NCBI GenBank assembly: GCA_964516845.1
Contig: CAZEXP010000001.1
Coordinates: 124,665 to 188,664 of the forward strand
Length of the DNA stretch: 64,000 nt
Origin: an uncultured bacterium
Lineage (GTDB): Bacteria; Joyebacterota; Joyebacteria; Joyebacterales; Joyebacteraceae
Direction: 5' to 3'
Shown here: in pieces, positions 1-9,323 of the stretch
Layout: each line of letters opens with the position of its first letter
Position numbering within the stretch: position 1 is the stretch's first letter
Notes under the pieces: model-generated
The model's database searches: none
Told to the model about the DNA's origin: nothing
The model's input: only the letters and a program-made list of their open reading frames with translations
Made by a program: the position numbers and the translations under genes

Positions 1-1
1 G

Positions 2-553
2 GAGCTGTCGGAACACGATCTCGCGGCGCTTGGTGAGTTTCGCTTTCTGACCGCCCTCGACGCTCTCTACGTGGCCAACATCAGCGAGAGCCATGTGGGG
101 GAGCGGGAGAGCGAGTGGGTGGAACGCATCGCGCGCGTGACCGGCGAACCACCATGGAAGGTCGTGGCGCTCGCCGGCGGTCTCGAGAGCGAGCTCGCGG
201 CGCTCGATGAGGACGACCGGGGCGAGTTCCTCGCCGGCTGGGGGCTCTCGGAACCGGGACTCGCGAAGCTCGTCCGGGTCGGATACAGGCTGATGGACCT
301 CGTGACGTTCTTCACGATCAAGGGCGTCGAGGTGCGGGCCTGGACGGTCCCGGCGGGGACGGGAGCTGCTGCCGCCGCGGGACGGATCCACACGGACATG
401 GAGAAGGGATTCATCAAGGCTGAGGTTGTCACGTACGAGCATCTCGTGGAGACGGGCTCGATGCACGCGGCCCGGGACGCGGGGCACGTGCGCACGGAAG
501 GACGGGACTCGATCATTCTCGATGGTGACGTGGTTCTCGTGCACTTCCATTGA
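2..553 (+). CDS. ychF: Ribosome-binding ATPase YchF, C-terminal part (5' truncated by window edge)
   Basis: Frame continuous from position 2. Translation ...LYVANISES...FFTIKGVEVRAWTVPAGT...IHTDMEKGFIKAEVV...ILDGDVVLVHFH matches the YchF TGS C-terminal domain. Confidence 0.85.
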   Translation, partial: ELSEHDLAALGEFRFLTALDALYVANISESHVGERESEWVERIARVTGEPPWKVVALAGGLESELAALDEDDRGEFLAGWGLSEPGLAKLVRVGYRLMDLVTFFTIKGVEVRAWTVPAGTGAAAAAGRIHTDMEKGFIKAEVVTYEHLVETGSMHAARDAGHVRTEGRDSIILDGDVVLVHFH

Positions 554-729
554 AGGAGTGATGCGGAGCAATGCTCCGACGTCACGAGTCTGGCAATCGG
601 TCAGACCGAGCCGCCCGACGGCGGCCGCAGTACGAGTGTTTGTGGAGGAAGGTCCCCGGTCGGTGTGCCGGGACTCCTCACCCCGTCCGCATGACGGGGT
701 CGAAGTTCGACCGAGAGGAGGTTGAAGCA

Positions 730-1020
730 ATGGCAAGGTCGTACGAGACCGCCTTCATCTTCAGTCCGACGCTCGACGATTCGACCATCGAACAGCAGAT
801 GGCCAAGATCGAGGAGCTCGTGAAGAGAGAGGGCGGAACCGTGGAGAAGTGGGATCGTTGGACGAAGCGCAGGCTTTCGTTCCCGATCAAGAAGCAGACG
901 GATGGCCACTACGCATTTCTGGCCTTCCAGGGCGAGCCGGCGTCGATCAAGACGCTCGGCGCGGCCTATCGGCTCGACGAGGCGATCCTGAGGCACATGA
1001 CCATCAACCTGGAGGAGTAG
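730..1020 (+). CDS. rpsF: 30S ribosomal protein S6
   Basis: [17 protein letters not shown]...[14 protein letters not shown] is S6. ATG at 730 lies inside the longer track ORF 571..1020. Confidence 0.9.
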   Translation: MARSYETAFIFSPTLDDSTIEQQMAKIEELVKREGGTVEKWDRWTKRRLSFPIKKQTDGHYAFLAFQGEPASIKTLGAAYRLDEAILRHMTINLEE

Positions 1021-1072
1021 GCGGCCGCCCCCGCAAAGGGGCGTCGCTCTCTCGCGCAGTACGGAGGAAAGA

Positions 1073-1309
1073 ATGCCGAGACGAGAGGGGCACTCGAAGG
1101 TCTGCCGCTTCTGCCAGGACAAGGTGGTGCGGATAGACTACAAGGACGAGAAGCGGCTGTCGCGTTACATCAGCGAGCACGGGAAGATCATCCCGCGTCG
1201 CGTGACTGGAACGTGCGGTCGTCACCAGCGGCAGCTTGCGGAGGCCATCAAGCGCGCGCGACACATCGCGCTGCTTCCGTACATCGGCCGCCATCACAAG
1301 CACAGCTAG
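1073..1309 (+). CDS. rpsR: 30S ribosomal protein S18
   Basis: [53 protein letters not shown] is canonical S18. Confidence 0.9.
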   Translation: MPRREGHSKVCRFCQDKVVRIDYKDEKRLSRYISEHGKIIPRRVTGTCGRHQRQLAEAIKRARHIALLPYIGRHHKHS

Positions 1310-1346
1310 AGTCCCTGGACGACTCAGTCTCAAGGAGAACTGACGC

Positions 1347-1790
1347 ATGAAGGTCATTCTGATGGAGGATGTCCAGAGACTCGGATCCCAGGGTGACGTA
1401 GTCACCGTGAAGGACGGCTACGGGCGGAACTATCTGATTCCCCAGGGAAAGGCCCTTCCGGCCAACGCGGGGAATCTGGAGAGGCTCAAGGCCACGGTTC
1501 GTGTCAAGGACATGCAGGTCAAGAAGGACACCCGGCAGGCGGAGATCATGGCGGAGAAGCTCTCCGGCGTCTCCTGCACGGTTCGGGTTCAGGCTGACGA
1601 GAACGACAAGTTGTACGGTTCGGTCGGGCCGCGCGAGATCGCGACGGCTCTCGAGGAGCAGGGCGTGGAGCTCGATGCATCGAGTCTCGTCATGGAAGAG
1701 CACATCAAGATGCTCGGTGTGTTCCCGATACCCGTCAGACTGTTCAAGGGTGTCGAGGCCGAGATCAAGGTTTGGGTGATCAGGGAGTAG
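1347..1790 (+). CDS. rplI: 50S ribosomal protein L9
   Basis: MKVILMEDVQRLGSQGDVVTVKDGYGRNYLIPQGKAL is the L9 N-domain. Sits in a conserved rpsF-rpsR-rplI arrangement. Confidence 0.9.
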   Translation: MKVILMEDVQRLGSQGDVVTVKDGYGRNYLIPQGKALPANAGNLERLKATVRVKDMQVKKDTRQAEIMAEKLSGVSCTVRVQADENDKLYGSVGPREIATALEEQGVELDASSLVMEEHIKMLGVFPIPVRLFKGVEAEIKVWVIRE

Positions 1791-1800
1791 GAAAACCATT

Positions 1801-1828
1801 CCGCCGGGGGACCTCGGTTCCCCGGCGG
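1801..1828 (+). other. Perfect 9-bp GC stem-loop (CCGCCGGGG/CCCCGGCGG) between rplI and the downstream PPIase gene
   Basis: Inverted repeat read directly at 1801-1809 and 1820-1828. No U-tract follows. Confidence 0.3.
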
Positions 1829-1846
1829 AGACGCACAGGAGTCCGT

Positions 1847-3016
1847 ATGCTGAGGAAGACCACAGAAGTGTGCGCGGTCGTCATCCTCGCCCTGACGCTG
1901 CTGGCGACTGGATGCGGCGACAGCGGGCGTGGACAGACCGTCGCGCGCGTAGGCGGGACGAACATCACTGAAGCCGAACTCTCGAGAAAGCTCTCCGAGC
2001 TTCCGCCGTTCACGAGGCAGCAGTTCGCGGGGCCCGAGGGAATGCGCGAGTTCCTCGATCGCGTCATCGAGGAAGAGGTGCTGTTCCAGGCGGCGCAGCG
2101 CGCCGGATACGAGAACAGCGCCGAGGTGCGTGACATGGTCGCGGCAGTGACGCGACGGGCCATGATCCAGGCGTACTACCGGGACGAGATCGAGGGCGCA
2201 ACCCTCGTGCCGGAAGCCGATATCGTGGCGTACTACAACGAACATCCCGAGCAGTTCCAGCAGCGCGCGCGGATCAAGTTCCGGCACATCATGACCGCAG
2301 CGCGTCCGGGCGCTGATGCTGCAAGACAACGTCTGCTCGCCGGCGAAGACTTCGCCAGCGTAGCGCGTGATGTCTCGGAGGATACGGGAACGAGCCAGGC
2401 CGGAGGCCTCGTGAGAACGCTCTACAAGGGAGACGCGCTGATGACATCCGGGATGTCGGCGGTCTTCGTTGAGAGCCTGTTCGACGGCGAGGTCGGAGAA
2501 ATCTCGCAGCCGCTCAGGTCTGACCGCGGATGGCACATCATCCGGATAGAGGAGCTGTCGCCTGAGGGCGTCAAGCCACTCGAACAGGTCCGTGAGATAA
2601 TCGAGCAGAGCCTCAAGCCCGCTGCGACACGCAAGTACTACGAGGGGCAGCTCGAGGTGCTCAAGAGTGATCTGAATACGACCATCAATGAAGAGGTCCT
2701 GACTCCGCGCACGCGTTCGGAGGAGGAGCTGTTCTCGCTCGCGCAGGACACCGACGACCCGCTCCAGCGCATGGGCTACTACACGGAGCTCGTGTACAGC
2801 TATCCGAAGGGCGAGCACGCCGACGAGGCCCAGTTCATGATCGGCTTCATTCAGGCGGAGGAGCTCAACAACTACGAGGCTGCGAGGAACGCGCTGAATC
2901 GGATGCTGGATCACTATCCGGACTCCGAGCTTGCAGAGTCGGCGCGGTGGATGCTCGAGAACATGGGCAGCGCAGCTCCGCCCTTCGAGGAGAGCGACAT
3001 TCTGTCGGGTGAATAG
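1847..3016 (+). CDS. Parvulin-type peptidyl-prolyl cis-trans isomerase lipoprotein (PpiC/SurA/PrsA-like)
   Basis: ATG at 1847 with RBS caggag. Signal peptide with lipobox LLATGC. PpiC-type rotamase region (IKFRHIM...GGLVRTLYKGDALM...GWHIIRIEEL). Confidence 0.7.
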   Translation: MLRKTTEVCAVVILALTLLATGCGDSGRGQTVARVGGTNITEAELSRKLSELPPFTRQQFAGPEGMREFLDRVIEEEVLFQAAQRAGYENSAEVRDMVAAVTRRAMIQAYYRDEIEGATLVPEADIVAYYNEHPEQFQQRARIKFRHIMTAARPGADAARQRLLAGEDFASVARDVSEDTGTSQAGGLVRTLYKGDALMTSGMSAVFVESLFDGEVGEISQPLRSDRGWHIIRIEELSPEGVKPLEQVREIIEQSLKPAATRKYYEGQLEVLKSDLNTTINEEVLTPRTRSEEELFSLAQDTDDPLQRMGYYTELVYSYPKGEHADEAQFMIGFIQAEELNNYEAARNALNRMLDHYPDSELAESARWMLENMGSAAPPFEESDILSGE

Positions 3017-3047
3017 CGGCCCGGGCGGCGTCTAAGGGAAACCGATC

Positions 3048-4361
3048 ATGTACGCGGTCACCGCAGTGGCGGCTATCTTCGTTGTCACGTACTACTTCAT
3101 CGTCACGGAACGCGTCAACCGTACGACCATAGCCCTGGCAGGAGCCCTCGCCGTGCTGCTCCTGCCGGGGCTTCATATCACCCAGCCACAAGCGGTCGCG
3201 TTCATCGACTTCAATACGCTCGGGCTGCTGGTCGGCATGATGCTCGTTGTCGCTATCCTCAAGCGCACGGGTCTGTTCCGCTACCTGGCGCTTCGCGTCG
3301 CCCATCAGGGGCGCGGGCGTATCTTCCTCATCTTCGCGGGATTCGGTGCCATCACAGCCGTTGCCTCGGCGTTCGTCGACAATGTCACCACGGTCCTGAT
3401 GATCGTCCCCGTCATCTATCTCATAGCTGATCTCCTCGGGAAGAGCGCCATCCCGTTCCTCGTGATGGAGATCATGATGGCCAATATCGGCGGGATGGCG
3501 ACGATGATCGGTGATCCGCCGAACATCCTCATCGGGAGCCGCGCGATACTGCCGGCGACCGGCGGACACATCTCGTTCCTCGACTTCATGATCCACCTTG
3601 GCCCGCTCGCGCTGATCTGTCTTGTGGCGGCTTTGGTCTATCTGCGGTTCTGGAACGGCAGGGAGTTCTTCGCGCCGCCCGATGATGCGCAGATGAAGAT
3701 CCTCAACGCAGTTGATGCCTCGCAGGCGATCAAGGACCGTCCGCTGCTGGCCCGGTCGCTCGGCGTGCTCGGACTGGTTCTCGTTGGATTCCTGTTCCAC
3801 CATGAGCTCGGACTGCAGCCTGCCACGGTCGCCATGTCCGGGGCCGCGCTGCTGCTGATCGTCACACGCATCGACCCGGAGACGGTTCTCGTCGACGTGG
3901 AATGGGCTGTCCTGTTCTTCTTCATCGGGCTCTTCGTGCTCGTCGGTGCGCTCGAGAGCGTGGGCATCGTGGACTTCCTTGCGAAACACTTCCTCACGAT
4001 CTCGCCTGACCCGCGGGTTCTCATGGTGGTCCTGCTGTGGGCGACGGCGATCACCGGCGCGTTCCTGTCGGCAGTCCCGACGGTGACGGTGCTGATCCCC
4101 CTGGTTCAGGTGGTCGTCGATCACCACGCCGGCGCCGGGGCTCCGGAAGTGGCCATGGGGTTCTGGTGGGCGCTCGCCGCGGGAGCCTGTCTCGGTGGTA
4201 ACGCCACGGTGGTCGGCGCGGCGGCGAACATCGCCGTGCTTGGGATGTCGCAGAAGGAACGGGAGCCACTGAGGTTCGCGGAGTTCGCGAAGGTGGGTGT
4301 TCCCGTCACGGCGATCTGCCTGGCGATCGCGAGCGGATACGTTCTGCTCAGGTACGCATAG
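3048..4361 (+). CDS. ArsB/NhaD-superfamily (CitMHS-like) anion permease
   Basis: Polytopic membrane protein. Motifs IGGMATMIGDPPNILIGS and GGNATVVGAAANI are typical of this permease family. Confidence 0.75.
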   Translation: MYAVTAVAAIFVVTYYFIVTERVNRTTIALAGALAVLLLPGLHITQPQAVAFIDFNTLGLLVGMMLVVAILKRTGLFRYLALRVAHQGRGRIFLIFAGFGAITAVASAFVDNVTTVLMIVPVIYLIADLLGKSAIPFLVMEIMMANIGGMATMIGDPPNILIGSRAILPATGGHISFLDFMIHLGPLALICLVAALVYLRFWNGREFFAPPDDAQMKILNAVDASQAIKDRPLLARSLGVLGLVLVGFLFHHELGLQPATVAMSGAALLLIVTRIDPETVLVDVEWAVLFFFIGLFVLVGALESVGIVDFLAKHFLTISPDPRVLMVVLLWATAITGAFLSAVPTVTVLIPLVQVVVDHHAGAGAPEVAMGFWWALAAGACLGGNATVVGAAANIAVLGMSQKEREPLRFAEFAKVGVPVTAICLAIASGYVLLRYA

Positions 4362-4436
4362 GGGACAGGCGTGAGGGCGGCCGCTCGTACGCGGCTCTCG
4401 CCTGAGGCGCTCGGAGAACCGGGGATCAAGAGAGAG

Positions 4437-4458
4437 GGCAGCGGCTGGCGCCGCTGCC
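4437..4458. terminator. Putative bidirectional hairpin between convergent genes (GGCAGCGGC-tggc-GCCGCTGCC)
   Basis: Perfect 9-bp inverted repeat read in sequence between the permease (+) and the secreted protein (-). Confidence 0.35.
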
Positions 4459-4505
4459 CTCGTGTCTTCCGATGACCGGTCGTGAGGCCGGATGTTCCCG
4501 GAACG

Positions 4506-5732
4506 CTACCGGTACATGGCCTTGAGCTTGCCCCAGGTCGTGGCCTCGACCGGCGATCCGGTCCAGTCTTCGACCCAGGTGTCGTCGAGCATGATACCGG
4601 CTCCACCAGCGGTGCCGGGACCACAACCGTTCTCGGTCGTGAAGAAGGTGAGACGGAACTGGAAGATCGAGCCCGGCAGATACGGCGTCAGATCGAAGCC
4701 GCCGATTCCGGCCGTGCCCCATCCGTCACACTGTCCGAAGTCGCCCCAGTACGCGCCGGCGAGATACCAGTTCGAGCCGCCGTCCGTCGTGATCTCCTCG
4801 GTCCAGTAGTCGTTGTCGATGGTCGGGACCTCGGCATGGAGCAGGAAGCGGAGCGTGCAGACCGCGCTGCCGGCGATATTGATCTGCGGCGAGATCAGCG
4901 AGTTGTTGAGACCCGGTGGGATCAGCGACGTGTCTGCATCGTCACCACACCACCATGACGTCGGATCGCTGTACGCGGGACATGCACGGGTGATCTGGTG
5001 CCAGTAGTCACCGGCCGAAGCTGGGATCGCCGGCGTGCAGAGAGCCCCGCCCTCGGCATCATCGTAGAAGTACACGCTGCCGCCGTAGAAATCGAAGATC
5101 TTGATGTTGTCTACGTGGAAGGCGCCGCCGTCCGAATCGTAGAGACCGTCCGCGTCCGAGTAGGCGCCGTCGGCGATGAATCGGAAGCGTGCCTGGATCG
5201 GGTTGTCGTAGCTCGACATGATGAAGCCGTAGTCGCCGTAGTCCTGCCACCCGGCGCTCGAGCCGTTGTACCCGGAGTTCATGTTGACGTAGCTTCCGAG
5301 GCTCTCGGCCTGGACGTACGTGAAGTCGTAGCCGCCCTCCGAGTCGTAGCGGTAGGCGAACGTCAGAACGGGGTAGGTGGCGCCCGTCACGTCCGTCGCG
5401 GGGATGACGAGCATCTGGTCCCAGCCGTTGGCGTAGCCGTCGCCGCCGGCGAAGGCCGCATTCATCTCACCACACCAGTACGAGTAGCTGCCCTGGTATG
5501 CGTAGTAGGAGTCGAGATGGAATTTCGGCGTGGCCGAGGTCGTGTTGTCCGTCGAGGTCCAGCCGTTCGTCCCGCCCTCCATGTCGTCGAAGAACAGAAT
5601 GATCGGGCTGCGCGCCCCATGCTGGGGGACGTACGTCGAGTAATCGGCCTCCTGGAGCCTGGCGCCGGCGGTGGCGGCGAGGCCGAGGACGATCAGAGTC
5701 AGCGTGATCATAGCAATTGTACGCGTAAACAT
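4506..5732 (-). CDS. Secreted hypothetical protein, Gly/Tyr/Trp/Asp-rich
   Basis: ATG at 5732 with RBS aggagcgg. N-terminal signal peptide (MFTRTIAMITLTLIVLGLAATAGA). Non-repetitive composition, in contrast to the Ala/Arg/Val-rich + strand antisense ORFs over the same span. Confidence 0.65.
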   Translation of the reverse strand: MFTRTIAMITLTLIVLGLAATAGARLQEADYSTYVPQHGARSPIILFFDDMEGGTNGWTSTDNTTSATPKFHLDSYYAYQGSYSYWCGEMNAAFAGGDGYANGWDQMLVIPATDVTGATYPVLTFAYRYDSEGGYDFTYVQAESLGSYVNMNSGYNGSSAGWQDYGDYGFIMSSYDNPIQARFRFIADGAYSDADGLYDSDGGAFHVDNIKIFDFYGGSVYFYDDAEGGALCTPAIPASAGDYWHQITRACPAYSDPTSWWCGDDADTSLIPPGLNNSLISPQINIAGSAVCTLRFLLHAEVPTIDNDYWTEEITTDGGSNWYLAGAYWGDFGQCDGWGTAGIGGFDLTPYLPGSIFQFRLTFFTTENGCGPGTAGGAGIMLDDTWVEDWTGSPVEATTWGKLKAMYR

Positions 5733-6118
5733 TTTCCGCTCCTGGTTGAGTCGTTGAACACGAGATCCGGAGACCCGGGAGTCACTGTGGGCAGTCCTGC
5801 TGGTTTCCGGGGTGTACCACCTGTTCCGGTCGAAGCCGGAGCCCGGCGGAGAGCCGAGCGTCGCCGTTAGCTGTCTTCCCTGCACCTCCTTGTCGACAGG
5901 CCCGCACTGTGATTGCTACTTCGGATGCCGCTCAGTGCCCATCTCATGCAAACCACGTGCCAATGAAGGCCGTCTCAAGGTACTGATTCCGCTATTGTTG
6001 ATGTAGGGCAGGAGCGGATGCGGCGCTGAAAGCGTGGCGAGCGGGAACGGGGCGGGAGGGGCCGGGTGCATGAGCCTCGGATGCCCGCCGGAAGCCGGGC
6101 CGGACGGGCCGAAATCAC

Positions 6119-6148
6119 TTGACCCGTGGGGAGATACGGGGATAAGCT
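6119..6148 (+). promoter_or_regulatory. Possible sigma70-type promoter for selA (TTGACC-N18-TAAGCT)
   Basis: Hexamers read in sequence about 70 nt upstream of the selA ATG. Confidence 0.3.
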
Positions 6149-6217
6149 GACCCGTCTTCGGGCCGTAGCGCGGCCTCGGATTCATGTCAATCACGCCACA
6201 GCTGACCGGGATACACT

Positions 6218-7645
6218 ATGTCGTCAGAGAACACACGAGAGGACGCGTTCCGCTCGATTCCCTCCGTGGACCTCGCAATGCGCCACATCGAAGACCGGGG
6301 GCTGGCCGTTGTTGCGCCGAGACCCCTCGTGGTTCGGGCGGTTCGCCGGGCGCTGGAGCGCGCGCGGGACGGCATCGTGGCGGGTCGTCGCGAGGGCTCC
6401 GATTCGCGCGATGCGATCCTCGGACAGGTCGAGCGCGAGGTCGCTGGACTGAGGTTGGCCGGCCTGATCCCGGTGATCAACGCTACGGGCATTCTCATTC
6501 ACACGAACCTCGGCCGATCCCCTCTCGCACCGGAGGCCATCGAGGCATCGAGGCGGATCGGGAGCGCGAGTTCGAATCTGGAATTCGACCTCGTCACCGG
6601 CGAGCGAGGTCACCGCGACGCGCTCGTGCGGGACTCGCTGCGCGAACTGACGGGGGCAGAGGACGCGCTCGTCGTCAACAACAATGCGGCGGCGGTCCTG
6701 CTGGCGCTCAACACACTGGCCGTCGGGCGGGATGTCGTGGTGTCTCGGGGTGAGCTGATCGAGATCGGCGGATCGTTTCGTCTGCCGGAGGTCTTCGGTC
6801 GCGCCGGAGCCCGAATGATCGAGGTCGGAACGACCAACCGAACGACGATCGCGGACTTCGAACGTGCGTACAGTTCGCGGACAGGCGCGTTCATGAAGGC
6901 GCATTGGAGCAATTACTCGATCGAGGGATTCGTGGAGCGGGTGAGCGTTGCTGAACTCGCTGCGCTCGCGAACCGATACGGTGTTCCGGTCGTCAATGAC
7001 CTTGGCAGCGGAGCGCTGATCGATTCGGCGGAACTGGGCATCCCGCATGAGGAGACGGTAGCGGAGAGTGTGGCGGCCGGAGTGGCGGTCTCGACGTTCA
7101 GCGGCGACAAGCTCATTGGCGGTCCCCAGTGCGGGATCGCCGTGGGCGGAGTCCGAGAGATCGAGCGGATGCGAAACAACCCGCTGATGCGCGCGCTGCG
7201 TCCCGGCAAGCTCACGTTGGCGGCGCTCCAGGCGACGCTGGAGTTGTTCCTCGAGGGCGTCGCGCTGCGCCGGGTGCCCGTGCTCGCGATGGCGTCGTCG
7301 TCAGCTGATGAGATACGGACGCGTGCCGAGCGCCTCATCGAGCGCGGCGGGACGCAATTGCGGGAGTACGGAACTGCGGACGTTGTCGAGACCAGCGCGC
7401 TGATGGGTGGCGGGACGGCTCCGGAGGCGCGGATCCCGAGTTTCGCGGTCCGCTTCAGACCCGCGGCGATCTCGGCCGCACGACTGGCTGCACGGTTGAG
7501 GACAGGAGGGCGTCCCGTGGTTCCACGAACTGCGGATGACGCGGTCATCCTGGACATGCGAACGGTGCCCGCCGGGGATGAAGGGGCGCTACTCGAGGCG
7601 CTGCTCGCGGCGCTTGGGGAGAGGAACGACGATGACGGCGTCTGA
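6218..7645 (+). CDS. selA: L-seryl-tRNA(Sec) selenium transferase
   Basis: VINATGILIHTNLGRSPL, ALVVNNNAAAVLL, FMKAHWSNYSIEGF and the PLP-lysine motif STFSGDKLIGGPQCGI are all diagnostic SelA motifs. Confidence 0.85.
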   Translation: MSSENTREDAFRSIPSVDLAMRHIEDRGLAVVAPRPLVVRAVRRALERARDGIVAGRREGSDSRDAILGQVEREVAGLRLAGLIPVINATGILIHTNLGRSPLAPEAIEASRRIGSASSNLEFDLVTGERGHRDALVRDSLRELTGAEDALVVNNNAAAVLLALNTLAVGRDVVVSRGELIEIGGSFRLPEVFGRAGARMIEVGTTNRTTIADFERAYSSRTGAFMKAHWSNYSIEGFVERVSVAELAALANRYGVPVVNDLGSGALIDSAELGIPHEETVAESVAAGVAVSTFSGDKLIGGPQCGIAVGGVREIERMRNNPLMRALRPGKLTLAALQATLELFLEGVALRRVPVLAMASSSADEIRTRAERLIERGGTQLREYGTADVVETSALMGGGTAPEARIPSFAVRFRPAAISAARLAARLRTGGRPVVPRTADDAVILDMRTVPAGDEGALLEALLAALGERNDDDGV

Positions 7646-9290
7646 CGCTGCGCGAAGCGGAACGGGGTCTCACCCCGACGCGATCCAGGGACTTGCCGGG
7701 ATCGTGTCCCGAGGTCACGCGGCCGTGACCGTGCTGATGAGCGAACTCCGCGACGGGTTCAACAGCCCCATGGAGGTCCGTCCGGTCGCAGAGGCATCCG
7801 GGGATGAGTGGGCACTGCAGATCACGCACGCGTTGGGAGAGGTTCGGGGGCGGGTCCTGGCGGTGACGGCCGAACGACCGGCACTGGCAGCTCACATCGC
7901 TCTCGGGCTGGCGGGGCGGCTCGTTGAGATGGGCGCCCCGGTGACGGTCGTGGATGGTTCGATCGAAGAACCAATCTTCGCCAAGGGGCTTCCGGAGGAC
8001 GGTGACGAAGGGCTGGTCGACGCGGTGCTCTTCGGCGTCTCGAGTTCGACCGTGGCGAGACGCACGCTCATGCACGGTGTGCGTCTCGTGACGGCCGGCT
8101 CATACCCAATCTCCGTCCCGGCAGTTCTGGGCGCCGAGGCCTACCGCACCACGCTCCAGAAGCTCGCTCGCGAGGATGCGACGGTACTCGTGGTGCTGCC
8201 GGCATCATATGCGCCCGTCGCCGCTGCCGCGGCTTCACAGCTGATCATCGTCGAACGCGACCTTCCGCGTCTGGAACGCCTCACGCGGACCCTTCGCCAG
8301 GAAGATGATCTCAGGGAGGTCCGGTTCGTCGCCGTGCTGTCGGCCTCCGAGGAAGCCCCGATCGAGGATGCTCCCGTGCCCGAGGAAGCCCCGATCGAGG
8401 ATGCTCCCGTGCCCGAGGAAGCCCCGATCGAGGATGCTCCCGTCACCCGGGTCGTTCCTCCGGATGGTGTGCGTGTCGAGGAGCGGGAAGGGCGGAGGAA
8501 CGCTGAGACCGCGAGCGTGGCGGACGGAGTCGCGGACGAGGACGTGAGTCGCGAACCCGCGCTCGTCACAGCGAACAACGCTTTTGCAGCGGACGTCCGG
8601 TCCGCTGTCGACGACGAGACCCCACCCGACGGAGAGGGACCGAGCGGTCGGAGGTGGGGAGGATGGATCGCGGCGATCGTGGTACTGCTCATCGCGGGTG
8701 TGATCTGGCGCACGGGCATCCTGGAGACGGTGTTCGGAGATGAGGATGCGGGTCCGGTTGAGGTCGCGACATCTGAGGAGGCTCCGCTTCCCACTGTCGA
8801 GGCAGCGGCGCTCGAGGATTCCGCGATGGTGACCGCTGGCACCCCGGACGCCCCCGCGTCAGCCGTTCAGGAACCGGCGGCGTTGGTCACGGAGGACGGT
8901 CGCGACGAACAGCCGGTGGACACCGGCGCAGCGGCGGCGCGCGACTGGCGCGCGGCGGCGGTCTCAGCCGCGGTGCCGGGGCGTTACGTCGTCTTCACGA
9001 GTTCCCACAGATACGCGAGCGCGGCGGAACAGGATGCAGCGGCGCTCGAAAGGAGAGGGTTCCCGTCCGTCGTGGTGGATGTTGACATCTCGGAACGCGG
9101 GAAGTGGCATCGCGTGGCGGTCGATGCCGGATTCAGAACACTTGACGACACGCGAGAACTGCTTGACATCATGAAGGAAGTCGGTTACGAAGGGGCATGG
9201 ATAGAGCGTCTTCGTGAGCCGGCACCTCCGGTGGTCGCGCCCCCGGATACGTCCGATCAATGGATGGATGAGGGCGGCGCGGCACGGTAA
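7632..9290 (+). CDS. Membrane protein: degenerate MinD/ParA-like N-domain, acidic EEAPIEDAPVP repeats, one TM helix, C-terminal SPOR domain
   Basis: ATG at 7632 with RBS gggagagga, overlapping the selA stop by 14 nt. N-domain aligns to MinD/ParA but the Walker A GKGGxGKT is replaced by AERPAL. TM helix WGGWIAAIVVLLIAGVIW. C-terminus (RYVVFTSSHRYASAAEQDAAALERRGF...WHRVAVDAGF) is a SPOR fold. Confidence 0.7.
   Translation: MTASDAARSGTGSHPDAIQGLAGIVSRGHAAVTVLMSELRDGFNSPMEVRPVAEASGDEWALQITHALGEVRGRVLAVTAERPALAAHIALGLAGRLVEMGAPVTVVDGSIEEPIFAKGLPEDGDEGLVDAVLFGVSSSTVARRTLMHGVRLVTAGSYPISVPAVLGAEAYRTTLQKLAREDATVLVVLPASYAPVAAAAASQLIIVERDLPRLERLTRTLRQEDDLREVRFVAVLSASEEAPIEDAPVPEEAPIEDAPVPEEAPIEDAPVTRVVPPDGVRVEEREGRRNAETASVADGVADEDVSREPALVTANNAFAADVRSAVDDETPPDGEGPSGRRWGGWIAAIVVLLIAGVIWRTGILETVFGDEDAGPVEVATSEEAPLPTVEAAALEDSAMVTAGTPDAPASAVQEPAALVTEDGRDEQPVDTGAAAARDWRAAAVSAAVPGRYVVFTSSHRYASAAEQDAAALERRGFPSVVVDVDISERGKWHRVAVDAGFRTLDDTRELLDIMKEVGYEGAWIERLREPAPPVVAPPDTSDQWMDEGGAAR
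8349..8447 (+). repeat. 3 x 33-bp perfect in-frame tandem repeat (gaggaagccccgatcgaggatgctcccgtgccc) encoding EEAPIEDAPVP x3
   Basis: Read directly in sequence. Lies inside the CDS 7632..9290. Confidence 0.9.
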
Positions 9291-9323
9291 CGACGGTCCA
9301 ATCGAACAGAGCCAGGGGGAGCA

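Noticed and set aside
1589-2914. Long minus-strand ORFs antisense to real genes (for example 1589..2914, 2865..4127, 16012..16851, 30960..32978, 34019..36160, 40722..42776, 44207..45793, 51405..53396)
   Set aside because: Arg/Ala/Asp/Gly-rich, low-complexity, no start context, and each is overlapped entirely by a + strand gene with clear family motifs. These are typical GC-rich antisense artefacts.
5733-6217. tRNA-Sec (selC) in the selA upstream region
   Set aside because: No T-loop GGTTCGA(A/T)TCC, no 8/5 or 9/4 acceptor/T-stem cloverleaf with a long variable arm, and no UCA anticodon context on either strand.
8349-8447. Tandem repeats as a possible CRISPR or mobile-element repeat
   Set aside because: Only three contiguous 33-bp units, no spacers, perfectly in frame, encoding EEAPIEDAPVP x3 inside a CDS.
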